Below are positions 15,895 to 26,013 of a stretch of DNA of 62,098 nucleotides, in pieces. The stretch's first letter is position 1, and each line of letters opens with the position of its first letter. This stretch comes from Candidatus Omnitrophota bacterium. Lineage in GTDB: Bacteria; Omnitrophota; Gorgyraeia; JABMRN01; RBG-13-46-9. The translations under genes and the position numbers were made by a program. The stretch is taken from the NCBI GenBank assembly GCA_024542975.1, contig JAMXCZ010000002.1, positions 1-62,098 of the forward strand, in the 5' to 3' direction. Below the pieces are notes generated by a model. It saw only the letters and a list, made by a program, of their open reading frames with translations. It was not told the DNA's origin and made no database searches.

Positions 15895-16962
15895 ATGAAG
15901 GAAGGTGTAATGGTAAAGACAAAAAAGAAGACTGAAGAATCGGCGAAGGCGGATTTGGGCAAGCCTAAGGTGGATTCGGATAAAATGAAGGCGCTGGAAC
16001 TTGCGTTAAACCAGATCGAGAAGCAATTTGGGAAGGGCGCGATCATGAAGCTGGGGCAGGATTTCAAGATAGACGTTCCCGCGATATCTACGGGATCGAT
16101 CGCCTTAGACATTGCCCTTGGTGTTGGGGGCGTACCGCGCGGCAGGGTAATAGAGGTGTTCGGCCCTGAGTCGAGCGGTAAAACTACGCTTACGCTCAAT
16201 ATAATTGCGAACGTCCAAAAAACAAATGGGCAAGCCGCGTTCATAGATGCTGAGCATGCATTTGACGCCGGCTATGCGAAGAAAATCGGGGTAAATCTTG
16301 ACAGCCTCCTGATCTCCCAGCCCGATACCGGCGAGCAGGCGCTCGAGATCGTGGAGACGCTGGTCAAAACCAACGCTGTCGACGTAATCGTGATAGACTC
16401 CGTAGCCGCACTCACGCCGCGGGCCGAACTCGAAGGCGATATGGGACAATCGTTTATGGGGCTGCAGGCGCGCCTCATGAGCCAGGCCCTGCGGAAGCTT
16501 TCCGGCTCTATTTCCAAGTCGAAGACGTGCGTTATATTCATCAACCAGATACGCGAAAAAATAGCTGTCAGATGGGGGAACCCCGAGACGACTCCGGGCG
16601 GCCGGGCGTTAAAATTTTACTCATCAGTCAGGATTGATCTGAGAAGGATAGCCTCACTTAAAAAAGGCGAGGAAGTCGTGGGGAACAGGGTTCGCGCAAG
16701 CGTCGTTAAAAACAAAGTAGCAGCCCCCTTCCGCAAGGCTGAATTTGACATAATGTACGATGAGGGAATCTCGCGCGCGGCGAACATATTGGATGTTGCA
16801 GAAACGCAGGGCGTCGTAAAGAAAGTCGGCACATGGTACGCCTATGGCGAAGATAAATTGGGCCAGGGGAAGGAAAATGCCAGGCTTTTCCTTAAAGGTA
16901 ATCCCGGGGTCCTCAATAAGATAGAGAAGGAAGTGATGAATGCGTTTACGGAGAAAAAGTAA
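15895..16962 (+). CDS. recA: recombinase RecA
   Basis: [35 protein letters not shown], and [26 protein letters not shown]. Confidence 0.97.
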   Translation: MKEGVMVKTKKKTEESAKADLGKPKVDSDKMKALELALNQIEKQFGKGAIMKLGQDFKIDVPAISTGSIALDIALGVGGVPRGRVIEVFGPESSGKTTLTLNIIANVQKTNGQAAFIDAEHAFDAGYAKKIGVNLDSLLISQPDTGEQALEIVETLVKTNAVDVIVIDSVAALTPRAELEGDMGQSFMGLQARLMSQALRKLSGSISKSKTCVIFINQIREKIAVRWGNPETTPGGRALKFYSSVRIDLRRIASLKKGEEVVGNRVRASVVKNKVAAPFRKAEFDIMYDEGISRAANILDVAETQGVVKKVGTWYAYGEDKLGQGKENARLFLKGNPGVLNKIEKEVMNAFTEKK

Positions 16963-16966
16963 TACA

Positions 16967-18508
16967 ATGAAAAAGAGCTTATTATACGCCACCGTCTTAG
17001 CTGCGATTGTTTTTGTTATAATCGGTATTGCGAAATGCTCAAACCGCGGCAGTATGACACCGGAGGCAGTAAGCAAAAGGGCAGGGTTTAAAATGCCCGG
17101 AGCCGCAAAAATCGAGAAATTGAGCGGCAAAACCGATATCCGGAACGCTTTTGTAAAAGTGTCAGATAAGGTGGGGAAATCCGTTGTTGCCATATCTACG
17201 GAGCGGATGCAAAAGATCGGGCCGACGCCGGGCGCGCGGTTTAGGCGTTTTGGCCGCAAGGGGCAGTTTGATAGCAAAGATCCGATCGAGAGGTTTTTTG
17301 AGGAATTTTTCGGCGGCCTTCCGGAGAGAGAATACAAACAAAGAGGCCTCGGCAGCGGTTTTATCATCGACAAAGAGGGCCACATACTTACCAATTACCA
17401 TGTTGTGGAGGGAGCCGACAAGATCAACATAACGCTTTCCGATGGGAGGAGTTTTTCAGGTCTCCTGAAGGGCGGCGACCCGAGGAGTGACCTTGCTGTT
17501 ATTGAAGTAAAAACGAAAAATCTGCCTGTGGCGGAACTTGGCGATTCGGACCTGATACGGACAGGTGAGTGGGCTGTCGCACTTGGCAATCCGTTTGGCC
17601 ATATACTTCAGAGCGCGGAGCCCACTGTTACTGTAGGCGTTATAAGCGCCCTTCACCGGCGCATTCCCGCGCCCGGCGGCGAAAGAGGTTATCTCGATAT
17701 GATACAGACCGACGCGGCTATAAATCCCGGAAACAGCGGCGGCCCGCTTTGTAATTTTGAAGGAAAGGTAATCGGCATAAATGTTGCCATATTCTCCACA
17801 AGCGGGGGTTATCAGGGAGTAGGATTTGCTATTCCGATAAATGCCGCCAAAGATATTCTTGAGGACTTGATAAAGGGAAAGGAAATCGCCCATGGCTGGT
17901 TTGGAATCGGCATTCAGGACATTACGCCGGAAATAGCGGAATATTTCAAGTTGCCCAATCGTAACGGGGTGCTTGTTTCTGAGATAATGCCCGGGGGGCC
18001 GGCTGAGCAAGCGGGTTTGAAAGAAGGCGATATCATAACATCGCTTGATGGAAAATCCATTAAAGCTGTAAATGGCCTCATGAGGGAAATAGGCGGCAAA
18101 AAAGTCGGTGATCGCGTGCGGGTTGGCATCACACGGGACAAGATCAAGAAAACGATGGACATAATAGTAGGGAAAAGGCCTTCAAGAGCTGAACTTGAAG
18201 AGGAACTCGGCCTTGCGTCCTTCGAGGAGCTCGAGGAGTGGCGCGGCATACAGGCAGTCAAAATTACCGAAGGCATTGCTGCCGAACTTGGTTTGAAAAA
18301 CAGTAAGGGCGTTGTGATAATTGACATGAGCCTGGACGGCCCGGGATACGAAGCGGGACTGAAAATAGGGGACGTGATCAGAGAAATAAACAAAATAAAA
18401 ATAGCTGGCCCGGACGATTACAAAAAGATCACAGGCGAAACAAAGGGCCTCGTGCTCATTAGGACCGATAGGGGCTATTTCACCGTCAAGGATGAAAGTA
18501 AAAGATAA
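16967..18508 (+). CDS. htrA: HtrA/DegP-family periplasmic serine protease with two PDZ domains
   Basis: Catalytic-triad context TNYHVV, D, GNSGGPL, plus two PDZ-like segments. ATG 16967 is preferred because the track start 16940 overlaps recA. Confidence 0.9.
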   Translation: MKKSLLYATVLAAIVFVIIGIAKCSNRGSMTPEAVSKRAGFKMPGAAKIEKLSGKTDIRNAFVKVSDKVGKSVVAISTERMQKIGPTPGARFRRFGRKGQFDSKDPIERFFEEFFGGLPEREYKQRGLGSGFIIDKEGHILTNYHVVEGADKINITLSDGRSFSGLLKGGDPRSDLAVIEVKTKNLPVAELGDSDLIRTGEWAVALGNPFGHILQSAEPTVTVGVISALHRRIPAPGGERGYLDMIQTDAAINPGNSGGPLCNFEGKVIGINVAIFSTSGGYQGVGFAIPINAAKDILEDLIKGKEIAHGWFGIGIQDITPEIAEYFKLPNRNGVLVSEIMPGGPAEQAGLKEGDIITSLDGKSIKAVNGLMREIGGKKVGDRVRVGITRDKIKKTMDIIVGKRPSRAELEEELGLASFEELEEWRGIQAVKITEGIAAELGLKNSKGVVIIDMSLDGPGYEAGLKIGDVIREINKIKIAGPDDYKKITGETKGLVLIRTDRGYFTVKDESKR

Positions 18509-18959
18509 GCGGGAAGAGGCGATCGGCTATACCGGCAGGCTTCTCGGCGTAAGGCCGAGAAGCGAAAAGGAATTGAGAGAGCGTTTACTGGGCAAAAACT
18601 TCGGCCGCGCTGTTATTGACAGCGCCGTTTCATTCTTAAAAGAACGGAACGTGATCGATGATGCCAGGTTCGCCAGGCTCTGGATTGAATCCAGGATGAA
18701 TACAAGGCCCAGTGGCAAAATGCTTCTAAAAAGGGAACTTGAAGAAAAAGGGATATCAGGCGAGATCATAGCGAGCGCCCTGAGAGAGACGGCAGAGAAG
18801 GAAAGCAAAACCGCCAGGGCTCTTGCCGTAGACGTTCTCGGTAAATTGGGAGCGCTTCCGAGAGAAAAAGCCAAAGCTAAACTTTTCGGCCTTCTCGCGC
18901 GCCGCGGTTTTGATCCCGAAGTCATAGAAGAAATAATAGGCGAGTTAAGGCCATGCTAA
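18492..18959 (+). CDS. recX: RecA regulator RecX
   Basis: 155-aa helical-repeat protein (RSEKELRERL..K.F....ID.A...L.E...IDD.RFA) in the classical position before alaS. Confidence 0.8.
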   Translation: MKVKDKREEAIGYTGRLLGVRPRSEKELRERLLGKNFGRAVIDSAVSFLKERNVIDDARFARLWIESRMNTRPSGKMLLKRELEEKGISGEIIASALRETAEKESKTARALAVDVLGKLGALPREKAKAKLFGLLARRGFDPEVIEEIIGELRPC

Positions 18960-21154
18960 GCAGTAACGATATACGGGCTAAGTTTCTCGAGTTTTTCAAA
19001 GCCAAAGGGCATGAGGTTGTGCCGAGCGCGAGCCTCGTTCCCAAGGCCGACCCTACACTTCTTTTTACAAGCGCGGGGATGAACCAATTCAAGGACCAAT
19101 TTTTGGGGCACAACGTGACATACGCGCGGGTCTGTTCGTCGCAGAAGTGCCTGCGGACGGCGGACTTGGATAGGGTTGGCACAACCCCTTCGCACCACAC
19201 GTTCTTTGAGATGCTGGGGAATTTCTCGTTCGGGGATTACTTTAAAAAGGAAGCGATTCTCTGGGCGTGGGAGTTTCTGACGGAGACGCTGGGTTTAAAG
19301 CGGGCGAAACTCTGGGTATCCGTTTACAAGGAAGACAAAGAGTCTTACGGGATATGGCGGGATCTGGTAAAGGTGCCGGCGGGAAAAATTAAGAAAATCG
19401 GCGCGAAGGAAAATTTTTGGCCCTCGAACGCACCGAAAGACGGCCCGAACGGCCCATGCGGGCCGTGCTCGGAAATTTTCTACGACACCGGTGGCGGCAA
19501 ATCAGTCGAGGTGTGGAACCTCGTTTTTACGCAGTTCGAGAGGATTGATGGAGGCAAGCTATCCCCTCTTCCGAACAAGAACATTGATACCGGCATGGGC
19601 CTTGAAAGAATTACGGCCATCATGCAGGGCGTTAAGACGAATTTCGAAACAGACCTTTTCAAACCGATTATTGATGAAATTAAAGTTTATCGTCCAAGCT
19701 TGAAAGCGAAGGACTTGAATACGATAGCCGACCATATAAGAGCGGTTACGTTCGCGATTTCTGACAACGTCGCGCCTTCCAACGAAGAGCGCGGATACGT
19801 CATAAGGAAACTCATACGCCGCGCGTATCTTCGTGGCGGGGGAAAAGAGCCATTTTTATATTGTATAGTGCCGAAGGTTGTGGGAATAATGAAGGATAGT
19901 TACCCCGGACTTCTCCCGAAAAGAGAAGAAATAGTCCTTATCGTAAAGGAAGAGGAAGAAAGGTTTGGAAATACGCTTTCTGCGGCTTTGCCCCTGCTGG
20001 AAGAGGGGTTACGTTCCGCGAAGAGCAAGGTTTTAAAAGGGGATAAGATCTTTAAACTTGCAGATACATACGGGCTTCCGCTTGAGGTTATTGAGGAGCG
20101 AGCGAAGAAAAAGAAGGTCCGGCCGGATATCGCCGGATACATTAAGCTGATGAAAGAACAACGCGCGCGTTCGCGTAAAAAAAGTAAACTCGAAAAAGGC
20201 GTTTTTTGCGGCCTCTCCGAGGAAACGCCGGAAACCGCAAAAAACCATACCGCCACGCACCTTTTACAGGCGGCGCTTCGCAGGGTCCTGGGAGAGCACG
20301 TCCACCAGGCAGGCTCCCTTGTGACGCCGGATCGGCTCAGGTTTGATTTCACGCACGTGAGAAAACTCACAGAAAGAGAGCTCGAGAAAGTGGAATTGCT
20401 CGTAAACGAATGCATAAAAAACAGCATACCGGTCACGAAGGAAGAAAAGACCCTGGATGAGGCGAAGAAGGAAGGCGCCATTGCCCTTTTCGATGAGAAA
20501 TACCAAAAGATGGTGACGGTCGTGACTGCCGGCGACTTCTCGAAGGAAGTCTGCGGAGGAATACACATAGATAATACCAAGGACATCGAATTTTTTAAAA
20601 TCGTGCGCGAAAGCTCTGTCGCTTCGGGCGTAAGAAGGATAGAGGTGGTTACGGCCGGCAGGGCGCGGGAGTGGATGGAAGAAAGCAAAAAGCGGAAAGC
20701 GAAAAACGAAAAACTGGAAAAGAAAAAAGAAGAAGAAAAAGCGTTCGAGAAGGAGAAGTTGAAAGCGGCTTTCGGGAACCTCGATTTATTAATTAAAAAA
20801 GCCGAAGTAAAAAACGGCGTAAAAATCATAATCGAAAAAGTGCCGGGCGCCAATATGGGTATCCTGCGTAATCTTGCGGACAAAATAAAAGCGGCGGAAA
20901 AAAATTCTTTTGTCATGCTTGCCGCAGACGATGGAGGCAAGGTGAGCCTGGTCCTCACTTTAGCGAAGGGCCTTGTGTCCGGCGGCGCAAACGCATCGGA
21001 AGAAATAAAATCCCTCGCAAAAATAATTCACGGCTCGGGCGGTGGCAGGGCGGATTTTGCGCAGGCCGGCGGCAAAGACGCGTCGAAGCTGGAAGTTGCG
21101 CTGTTGGCCGCAAAAAAGATGGCCTCACATATTATTGAAGGAGTATCGAAATGA
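18953..21154 (+). CDS. alaS: alanine--tRNA ligase, short form (733 aa)
   Basis: FLEFFKAKGHEVVPSASLVP..DPTLLFTSAGMNQFK; editing core HTATHLL...CGGIH; C-terminal DHHA1-like GGGRADFAQAGG. See finding on the missing subdomain. Confidence 0.9.
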   Translation: MLSSNDIRAKFLEFFKAKGHEVVPSASLVPKADPTLLFTSAGMNQFKDQFLGHNVTYARVCSSQKCLRTADLDRVGTTPSHHTFFEMLGNFSFGDYFKKEAILWAWEFLTETLGLKRAKLWVSVYKEDKESYGIWRDLVKVPAGKIKKIGAKENFWPSNAPKDGPNGPCGPCSEIFYDTGGGKSVEVWNLVFTQFERIDGGKLSPLPNKNIDTGMGLERITAIMQGVKTNFETDLFKPIIDEIKVYRPSLKAKDLNTIADHIRAVTFAISDNVAPSNEERGYVIRKLIRRAYLRGGGKEPFLYCIVPKVVGIMKDSYPGLLPKREEIVLIVKEEEERFGNTLSAALPLLEEGLRSAKSKVLKGDKIFKLADTYGLPLEVIEERAKKKKVRPDIAGYIKLMKEQRARSRKKSKLEKGVFCGLSEETPETAKNHTATHLLQAALRRVLGEHVHQAGSLVTPDRLRFDFTHVRKLTERELEKVELLVNECIKNSIPVTKEEKTLDEAKKEGAIALFDEKYQKMVTVVTAGDFSKEVCGGIHIDNTKDIEFFKIVRESSVASGVRRIEVVTAGRAREWMEESKKRKAKNEKLEKKKEEEKAFEKEKLKAAFGNLDLLIKKAEVKNGVKIIIEKVPGANMGILRNLADKIKAAEKNSFVMLAADDGGKVSLVLTLAKGLVSGGANASEEIKSLAKIIHGSGGGRADFAQAGGKDASKLEVALLAAKKMASHIIEGVSK

Positions 21155-22371
21155 AGCTTGTAAAAAGAGGAAGCGCTAATTTTGAAAAGCTCGTAAACCG
21201 CAACTCGCATTTCAGAAAGAGGGTTACGGAGAGCGTGAAGAAAATACTCGATAACGTGCGCCTTAACGGGGACGAAGCGATCTTGAAGTATACCCGAAAA
21301 TTCGACAAGATAAAGATCAAGCCTAAGGATATAAGGGTGACGGAGTGCGAGACCTCGGGGGCATATCAGAACATAAAACCGGAAATAGTAACGACGATCA
21401 AAGCCGTTATGGATAATGTGGATAGATTTTACAGGAGAGAAATACGGAAGTCGTGGAAGACAAAAACCAAAGACGGCGTTGTGCTGGGGAAAAAGATCAC
21501 CCCTATCGACAGCGTAGGGGTTTATGTGCCGAGCGGCACCGTCCCGCTTGTTTCGAGCGTCTACATGACGGTAATGCCTGCGCGGATCGCGGGTGTCAAA
21601 AAAATCGTTCTTGTTTCACCGCCGAACGAGTACGGATCCATAAACCCTTACATACTGGTCGTTGCCAACCTCCTCGAAGTTGACGAGATCTACAAGGCGG
21701 GTGGCGCGCAGGCGATCGGCGCTTTGGCATTCGGGACACGGACGATACCGAAAGTCGACAAAATCGTCGGCCCGGGGAACGTGTATGTTACGGAGGCCAA
21801 GCGGCAGGTGTTCGGATACTGCGATATTGACATGCTCGCCGGCCCGAGTGAGGTTGTAATTCTCGCTAATAACTATGCCGATAGTGAATACGTGAAAGTG
21901 GATCTCAGGGCGCAGGCAGAGCACCATAGGGGTTTTGCGGTGCTTGTCACGCCGTCAAAGCGTCTTGTCAGGGCCGTAAAGCGGGAAGTCGACAAGGGCT
22001 TTATAGTCTTGACCAAAAACATCAATGAAGCGATAGAGGTTACAAACCTCCTTGCGCCCGAACATTTACAAATTATGGTGAAAAATCCGAAAAATGTCGT
22101 GAAAAAAATAAGAAACGCCGGCGCAATTTTCATAGGCCCCTATACGCCCGTTTCGGTAGGCGATTATATAGCCGGGCCAAGCCATGTCCTGCCTACGGGT
22201 GGCACTGCGAGGTTCTTTTCCGGGTTAGGGGTGGAAGACTTCGTAAAGAGTTCCCATATTATTTCGTATACGAAAAAAGCGTTGGAGGAAGTAAAAGACT
22301 CAATAAGCAAGCTTGCAACCATAGAAGGCTTGCCCAAACACATGGATTCAGTTAACGCGAGGTTTAAGTAA
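21151..22371 (+). CDS. hisD: histidinol dehydrogenase
   Basis: [14 protein letters not shown] and APEHL motifs. ATGA overlap with alaS. Confidence 0.93.
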   Translation: MKLVKRGSANFEKLVNRNSHFRKRVTESVKKILDNVRLNGDEAILKYTRKFDKIKIKPKDIRVTECETSGAYQNIKPEIVTTIKAVMDNVDRFYRREIRKSWKTKTKDGVVLGKKITPIDSVGVYVPSGTVPLVSSVYMTVMPARIAGVKKIVLVSPPNEYGSINPYILVVANLLEVDEIYKAGGAQAIGALAFGTRTIPKVDKIVGPGNVYVTEAKRQVFGYCDIDMLAGPSEVVILANNYADSEYVKVDLRAQAEHHRGFAVLVTPSKRLVRAVKREVDKGFIVLTKNINEAIEVTNLLAPEHLQIMVKNPKNVVKKIRNAGAIFIGPYTPVSVGDYIAGPSHVLPTGGTARFFSGLGVEDFVKSSHIISYTKKALEEVKDSISKLATIEGLPKHMDSVNARFK

Positions 22372-22379
22372 ATGAGGCC

Positions 22380-22455
22380 ACAACTTACGGAGGCCATAGG
22401 CCTACGTAAGTTGTATAGCCGAATTTATCCTGAGGCACTGAAAGTGCCGAAGGAT
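22380..22455 (+). other. two stable hairpins in the hisD-hisB spacer
   Basis: ACAACTTACG...CGTAAGTTGT (22380-22414, with an inner AGGCC/GGCCT helix) and ATCCTGAGGCAC-tgaaa-GTGCCGAAGGAT (22427-22455, tandem G.A in the stem). Confidence 0.6.
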
Positions 22456-22477
22456 CTCATTGTAGGAGGCAAATAAT

Positions 22478-23122
22478 ATGGCAAGGCGGAGCAGTAAGAA
22501 GAGAAGGGCGAAGATTTACAGGAAAACCACTGAGACGAAAATAGTGGGCGAGCTTGTGATTGACGGGGCCGGGAAATCCGACATCAAGACGGGCATAGGG
22601 TTCCTGGACCACATGCTTACACTTTTTGCTTTTCATGGCTTGTTTGACATTAAGCTAAAGGTAAAAGGCGACCTGGAGGTTGATATTCATCACACCAATG
22701 AGGATGTGGCGATATGTGTTGGGCAGGCTTTTAAAAAGGCCCTCGGCGCATGCAAGGGTATACGGAGGTTTGGCTCTGCGGAAGTGCCCATGGATAACGC
22801 ACGCGCTAAGGTCGCGATCGATATAGGCGGCAGGTTTTCCTACGAGGGAATAAAGTTCAAAGACGGCAAGGAGGACGTACCCCTTTCCTCAATAAAAGGC
22901 AATCGCCCAGGTGAAAATTATTCAATGGAAGACGGAAACGATTTTCTGGACACACTTGCGAAGAATTTTGGAATAAATTTGCACGTCGATATTGTATCGA
23001 GGGGCGACATGCATCACATGCTCGAGGCGATATTTAAGACGCTGGGCCTTGCCCTGGACCACGCAACAGAGATTGATCCCAGGCGGAAGAAGGCTGTGCC
23101 GTCCACAAAGGGGATTTTGTAA
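22478..23122 (+). CDS. hisB: imidazoleglycerol-phosphate dehydratase
   Basis: RKTTETKI, IGFLDHML, DIHHTNEDVAI. Confidence 0.9.
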   Translation: MARRSSKKRRAKIYRKTTETKIVGELVIDGAGKSDIKTGIGFLDHMLTLFAFHGLFDIKLKVKGDLEVDIHHTNEDVAICVGQAFKKALGACKGIRRFGSAEVPMDNARAKVAIDIGGRFSYEGIKFKDGKEDVPLSSIKGNRPGENYSMEDGNDFLDTLAKNFGINLHVDIVSRGDMHHMLEAIFKTLGLALDHATEIDPRRKKAVPSTKGIL

Positions 23123-23137
23123 GCCGGAGTGAAGAGA

Positions 23138-23746
23138 ATGAAAGTAACCGTAATTGATTATGGGCTCGGTAATCTGGCGAGCGTTTATAATGCGCTGACT
23201 TTTCTGGGGGTGGACGCTAAGGTGAGCGCTTTGCCGCAGGATATTGATAAAGCGGATAAGCTTGTTCTGCCGGGCGTCGGCGCGTTCGGTAATGCCATGG
23301 CGGGGCTCCACAAGAGAGGGCTCATCGAGCCGATAAAAAACTTTCTCACAAGCGGCAAAGCATATCTCGGCATATGCCTGGGCCTTCAGCTTCTTTTTGA
23401 GCAAAGCGAGGAGGGCGGTGTTAAGGGATTGGGCATATTTAAGGGAGAGGTTAAGCGATTTCAGGCGGCGAGCGGGATCAAAGTGCCGCATATTGGGTGG
23501 AATACTGTAAAGCTTAAAGCTGATAGCTCTAAGCTTACAGCTGATATCAAAGACGGCTCTTACTTCTATTTCGATCACTCATACTACGCCAGCCCCGAGG
23601 ACACAGGGGCCATAGCCGCCAATACCGAATATGGCATAAACTTTGCATCCATGATCCGCAGGGACAATGTATACGCCGTCCAATTTCACCCGGAGCGCAG
23701 TCAGAAGCTGGGGCTTAAGTTCCTGGAAAATTTCATTAAGCTGTAG
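23138..23746 (+). CDS. hisH: imidazole glycerol phosphate synthase, glutamine amidotransferase subunit
   Basis: VIDYGLGNL, LPGVGAFG, GICLGLQ, VQFHPERS. ATG 23138 is preferred over GTG 23129. Confidence 0.9.
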   Translation: MKVTVIDYGLGNLASVYNALTFLGVDAKVSALPQDIDKADKLVLPGVGAFGNAMAGLHKRGLIEPIKNFLTSGKAYLGICLGLQLLFEQSEEGGVKGLGIFKGEVKRFQAASGIKVPHIGWNTVKLKADSSKLTADIKDGSYFYFDHSYYASPEDTGAIAANTEYGINFASMIRRDNVYAVQFHPERSQKLGLKFLENFIKL

Positions 23747-23756
23747 GAGAAAAAGT

Positions 23757-24476
23757 ATGAATATAATTCCTGCGATAGACATAATGGACCAGAGGGTGGT
23801 GAGGCTAAAACGGGGAGAGTTTGGTACGGAGAAGGTCTACTCTGAGAATCCCGTTAAGGTTGCAGAGGGCTGGAAGGATTGCGGCGCGCAACTTTTGCAC
23901 ATAGTTGACCTTGACGGGGCGCGACTCGGGAAGCCGGTCAACCTGGACATTATCCGGGAGATTACGCACAGCGTCAAGATTGACGTAGAGGTAGGAGGAG
24001 GCCTTCGTAGCGAAGCCGACATTGATAAGGCCTTCAGGGCGGCAGCGCATTTTGTCGTAATCGGCACAAGTGCCGTTCAAGACGAGACATTCGTAAAAAG
24101 CCTGGTGCAAAAGTTTAAAGACAAGATAATTTTTGCGGTAGATGCAAAAGACGGGTATGTTGCGATGAAGGGATGGAAGGAAGTTTCTGGAGAAAGCATC
24201 CTTGAGTACGCTCAAAAGCTGGAGAGCCTTGGCGCAAAAAAGATCATATATACCGACATATCGCGCGACGGTATGCTGGAAGGGCCGGATCTGGAAATAT
24301 TGAAATCTATTCTGGAATCAACTTCACTCAAGGTTACGGCATCCGGAGGAATTTCCAGTATAAATGATATAAAGCAGCTTAAAAAACTGGAGGAGTTTGG
24401 GCTTACGGCGGTCATAATAGGCAAGGCCCTGTATGAAGGCCGGATTGATTTTCGGGAGGCGCTCCGTGCTGGCTAA
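23757..24476 (+). CDS. hisA: ProFAR isomerase
   Basis: [20 protein letters not shown]... with SD TAGGAGA. The track start 23667 overlaps hisH and was rejected. Confidence 0.9.
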   Translation: MNIIPAIDIMDQRVVRLKRGEFGTEKVYSENPVKVAEGWKDCGAQLLHIVDLDGARLGKPVNLDIIREITHSVKIDVEVGGGLRSEADIDKAFRAAAHFVVIGTSAVQDETFVKSLVQKFKDKIIFAVDAKDGYVAMKGWKEVSGESILEYAQKLESLGAKKIIYTDISRDGMLEGPDLEILKSILESTSLKVTASGGISSINDIKQLKKLEEFGLTAVIIGKALYEGRIDFREALRAG

Positions 24477-25221
24477 AAGGATCATACCGTGCCTCGATGT
24501 AAAAGAGGGGCGTGTCGTAAAAGGCATAAACTTTGTTAACCTGCGGGACGCAGGAGACCCGGTAGAAAATGCCAAGTTTTACAATGACGAAGGCGCAGAC
24601 GAGCTTGTGTTCCTGGACATAACTGCGAGCGTGGAAAACCGGAAGACGATGCTGGACGTAGTGCGGCGCGTTGCGGAGAAAGTATTTATGCCTTTCACCG
24701 TAGGCGGCGGCGTAAGTTCTCTCGATGACATAAGGAACCTTTTAAATGCAGGTTGCGACAAGGTTTCAATTAATACTCAGGCCGTTAAAAGGCCCGATCT
24801 TATCAGCGAAGCGTCGGATAAGTTTGGCGCGCAGTGCATAGTGGTCGCGATTGACGCGAAACGCGATGCGGACAGGTGGGAGGTTTATGTAAACGGCGGG
24901 CGCAATGCTACGGGGCAGGATGCAATCGAGTGGGCCAAAAAAGCCGCCTCTCTCGGCGCGGGCGAAATTTTGCTTACGAGCATGGATAGAGACGGCACAA
25001 AGGATGGATACGATACGGAGCTTACGAGAAAAATTTCGGAAGCCGTAAACATACCGATTATTGCAAGCGGCGGATGCGGTAAACTCGAACATTTTTGCGT
25101 TGCCCTGAAAGACGGCAAAGCCGACGCGGCGCTGGCGGCAAGTGTCTTTCATTATAAAGAATTCAGCATAAAGGAAGTAAAAGAATATTTGCGCTCCAAA
25201 GGCGTTGAAGTGAGGATTTAA
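24466..25221 (+). CDS. hisF: imidazole glycerol phosphate synthase, cyclase subunit
   Basis: (V)[22 protein letters not shown] 24466 follows GGGAGG. The track start 24433 lies further inside hisA. Confidence 0.9.
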   Translation: MLAKRIIPCLDVKEGRVVKGINFVNLRDAGDPVENAKFYNDEGADELVFLDITASVENRKTMLDVVRRVAEKVFMPFTVGGGVSSLDDIRNLLNAGCDKVSINTQAVKRPDLISEASDKFGAQCIVVAIDAKRDADRWEVYVNGGRNATGQDAIEWAKKAASLGAGEILLTSMDRDGTKDGYDTELTRKISEAVNIPIIASGGCGKLEHFCVALKDGKADAALAASVFHYKEFSIKEVKEYLRSKGVEVRI

Positions 25222-25223
25222 GG
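25211..25223 (+). repeat. 13-bp direct repeat TGAGGATTTAAGG, left copy (includes the hisF stop codon)
   Basis: An identical 13-mer lies at 27616-27628. Confidence 0.9.
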
Positions 25224-25345
25224 TTAATAGTGATTTTTAGGGATGAGTTAATAAAATCAAAAAGGAAAAATATATGTTTGGCTCGTAGATCGCACTTGCT
25301 AAAAAGGCAAGTATTTTGATTGAAACCAATGATTAAGTTTTAAAA

Positions 25346-25972
25346 ATGAAAATTTTACCTCTTATTATTTCCGTTTTAATGATATCGACGTATACTTATG
25401 CGAATACTTATGAAAACCAGATAAAAAAAATATCTAATAAAGTAGTTAAGGGTTGCTCAACTGTTGAGGAGAAAATAAGGTTATTAAGGAAGTATGTACA
25501 TGAAAAAATGAAATTTCCAGAACCACGAGTTAAGCCAAATGGAGAACCGCTTAAACCAAGCGATATATATGTTTTGAACACAATTGAAAGACTTGAATCT
25601 GGCCTTGGGGGATGGTGTGATCAACAAGTAGATGTTTTTATGGACCTTGCTAAGAAGCAAGGCATTAATAGTCGAAAGGTTTTCTTACATATTATCAAAG
25701 ACGGTACACGTACTTCGCCGCATACTTTTGCTGAAGCACAAATTGGTAGAAGATGGGTTATTGTTGATACTCTCTATGATCTAGAGCTTGTAAATATGGA
25801 AGGTGAGATGGCATCTCGTTCGGATATAGCCAAAGATGTAAACATATTACGCAATAATCCGACAATTAAAAAATTTGCAAAAAACAATCCGAACATATGG
25901 ACAGATGAAAATTATTTAAGCATGTACTACAACAATCTTGGTGCAGTGGTAAAGAACCAGCTCGGAGAGTAA
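25346..25972 (+). CDS. secreted transglutaminase-like (Cys-His-Asp) superfamily protein
   Basis: Signal peptide MKILPLIISVLMISTYTYA. GGWCDQQVDVF...SPHTFAEA...VIVDT matches the C/H/D arrangement of transglutaminase-like cysteine proteases. Confidence 0.55.
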   Translation: MKILPLIISVLMISTYTYANTYENQIKKISNKVVKGCSTVEEKIRLLRKYVHEKMKFPEPRVKPNGEPLKPSDIYVLNTIERLESGLGGWCDQQVDVFMDLAKKQGINSRKVFLHIIKDGTRTSPHTFAEAQIGRRWVIVDTLYDLELVNMEGEMASRSDIAKDVNILRNNPTIKKFAKNNPNIWTDENYLSMYYNNLGAVVKNQLGE

Positions 25973-26013
25973 TAAAAAATTATTTTTATAAAATTATAAT
26001 AACGGAGGTCAAA

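Noticed and set aside
15741-15935. 64-aa ORF 'MSIHMKGGGEKW...' upstream of and overlapping the recA start. It shares the MSIHMKGG N-terminus with ORF 6867..7085.
   Set aside because: The shared N-terminus comes from the conserved 57-nt DNA element, and the ATG has no SD. In both copies the SD-served start is the downstream ATGGGAA, in a different frame at 15773. The ORF also runs into recA.
16654-17394. 246-aa minus-strand ORF spanning the recA end and the htrA start.
   Set aside because: It overlaps two well-supported plus-strand genes, and has no SD or domain signal.
19900-20958. 352-aa ORF on the minus strand inside alaS.
   Set aside because: It is antisense to a strongly supported gene. 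The translation is low-complexity (S/F/A-rich) with no motif, typical of a shadow ORF.
22922-23578. 218-aa minus-strand ORF across hisB/hisH.
   Set aside because: It is antisense to conserved his genes and is a shadow ORF.
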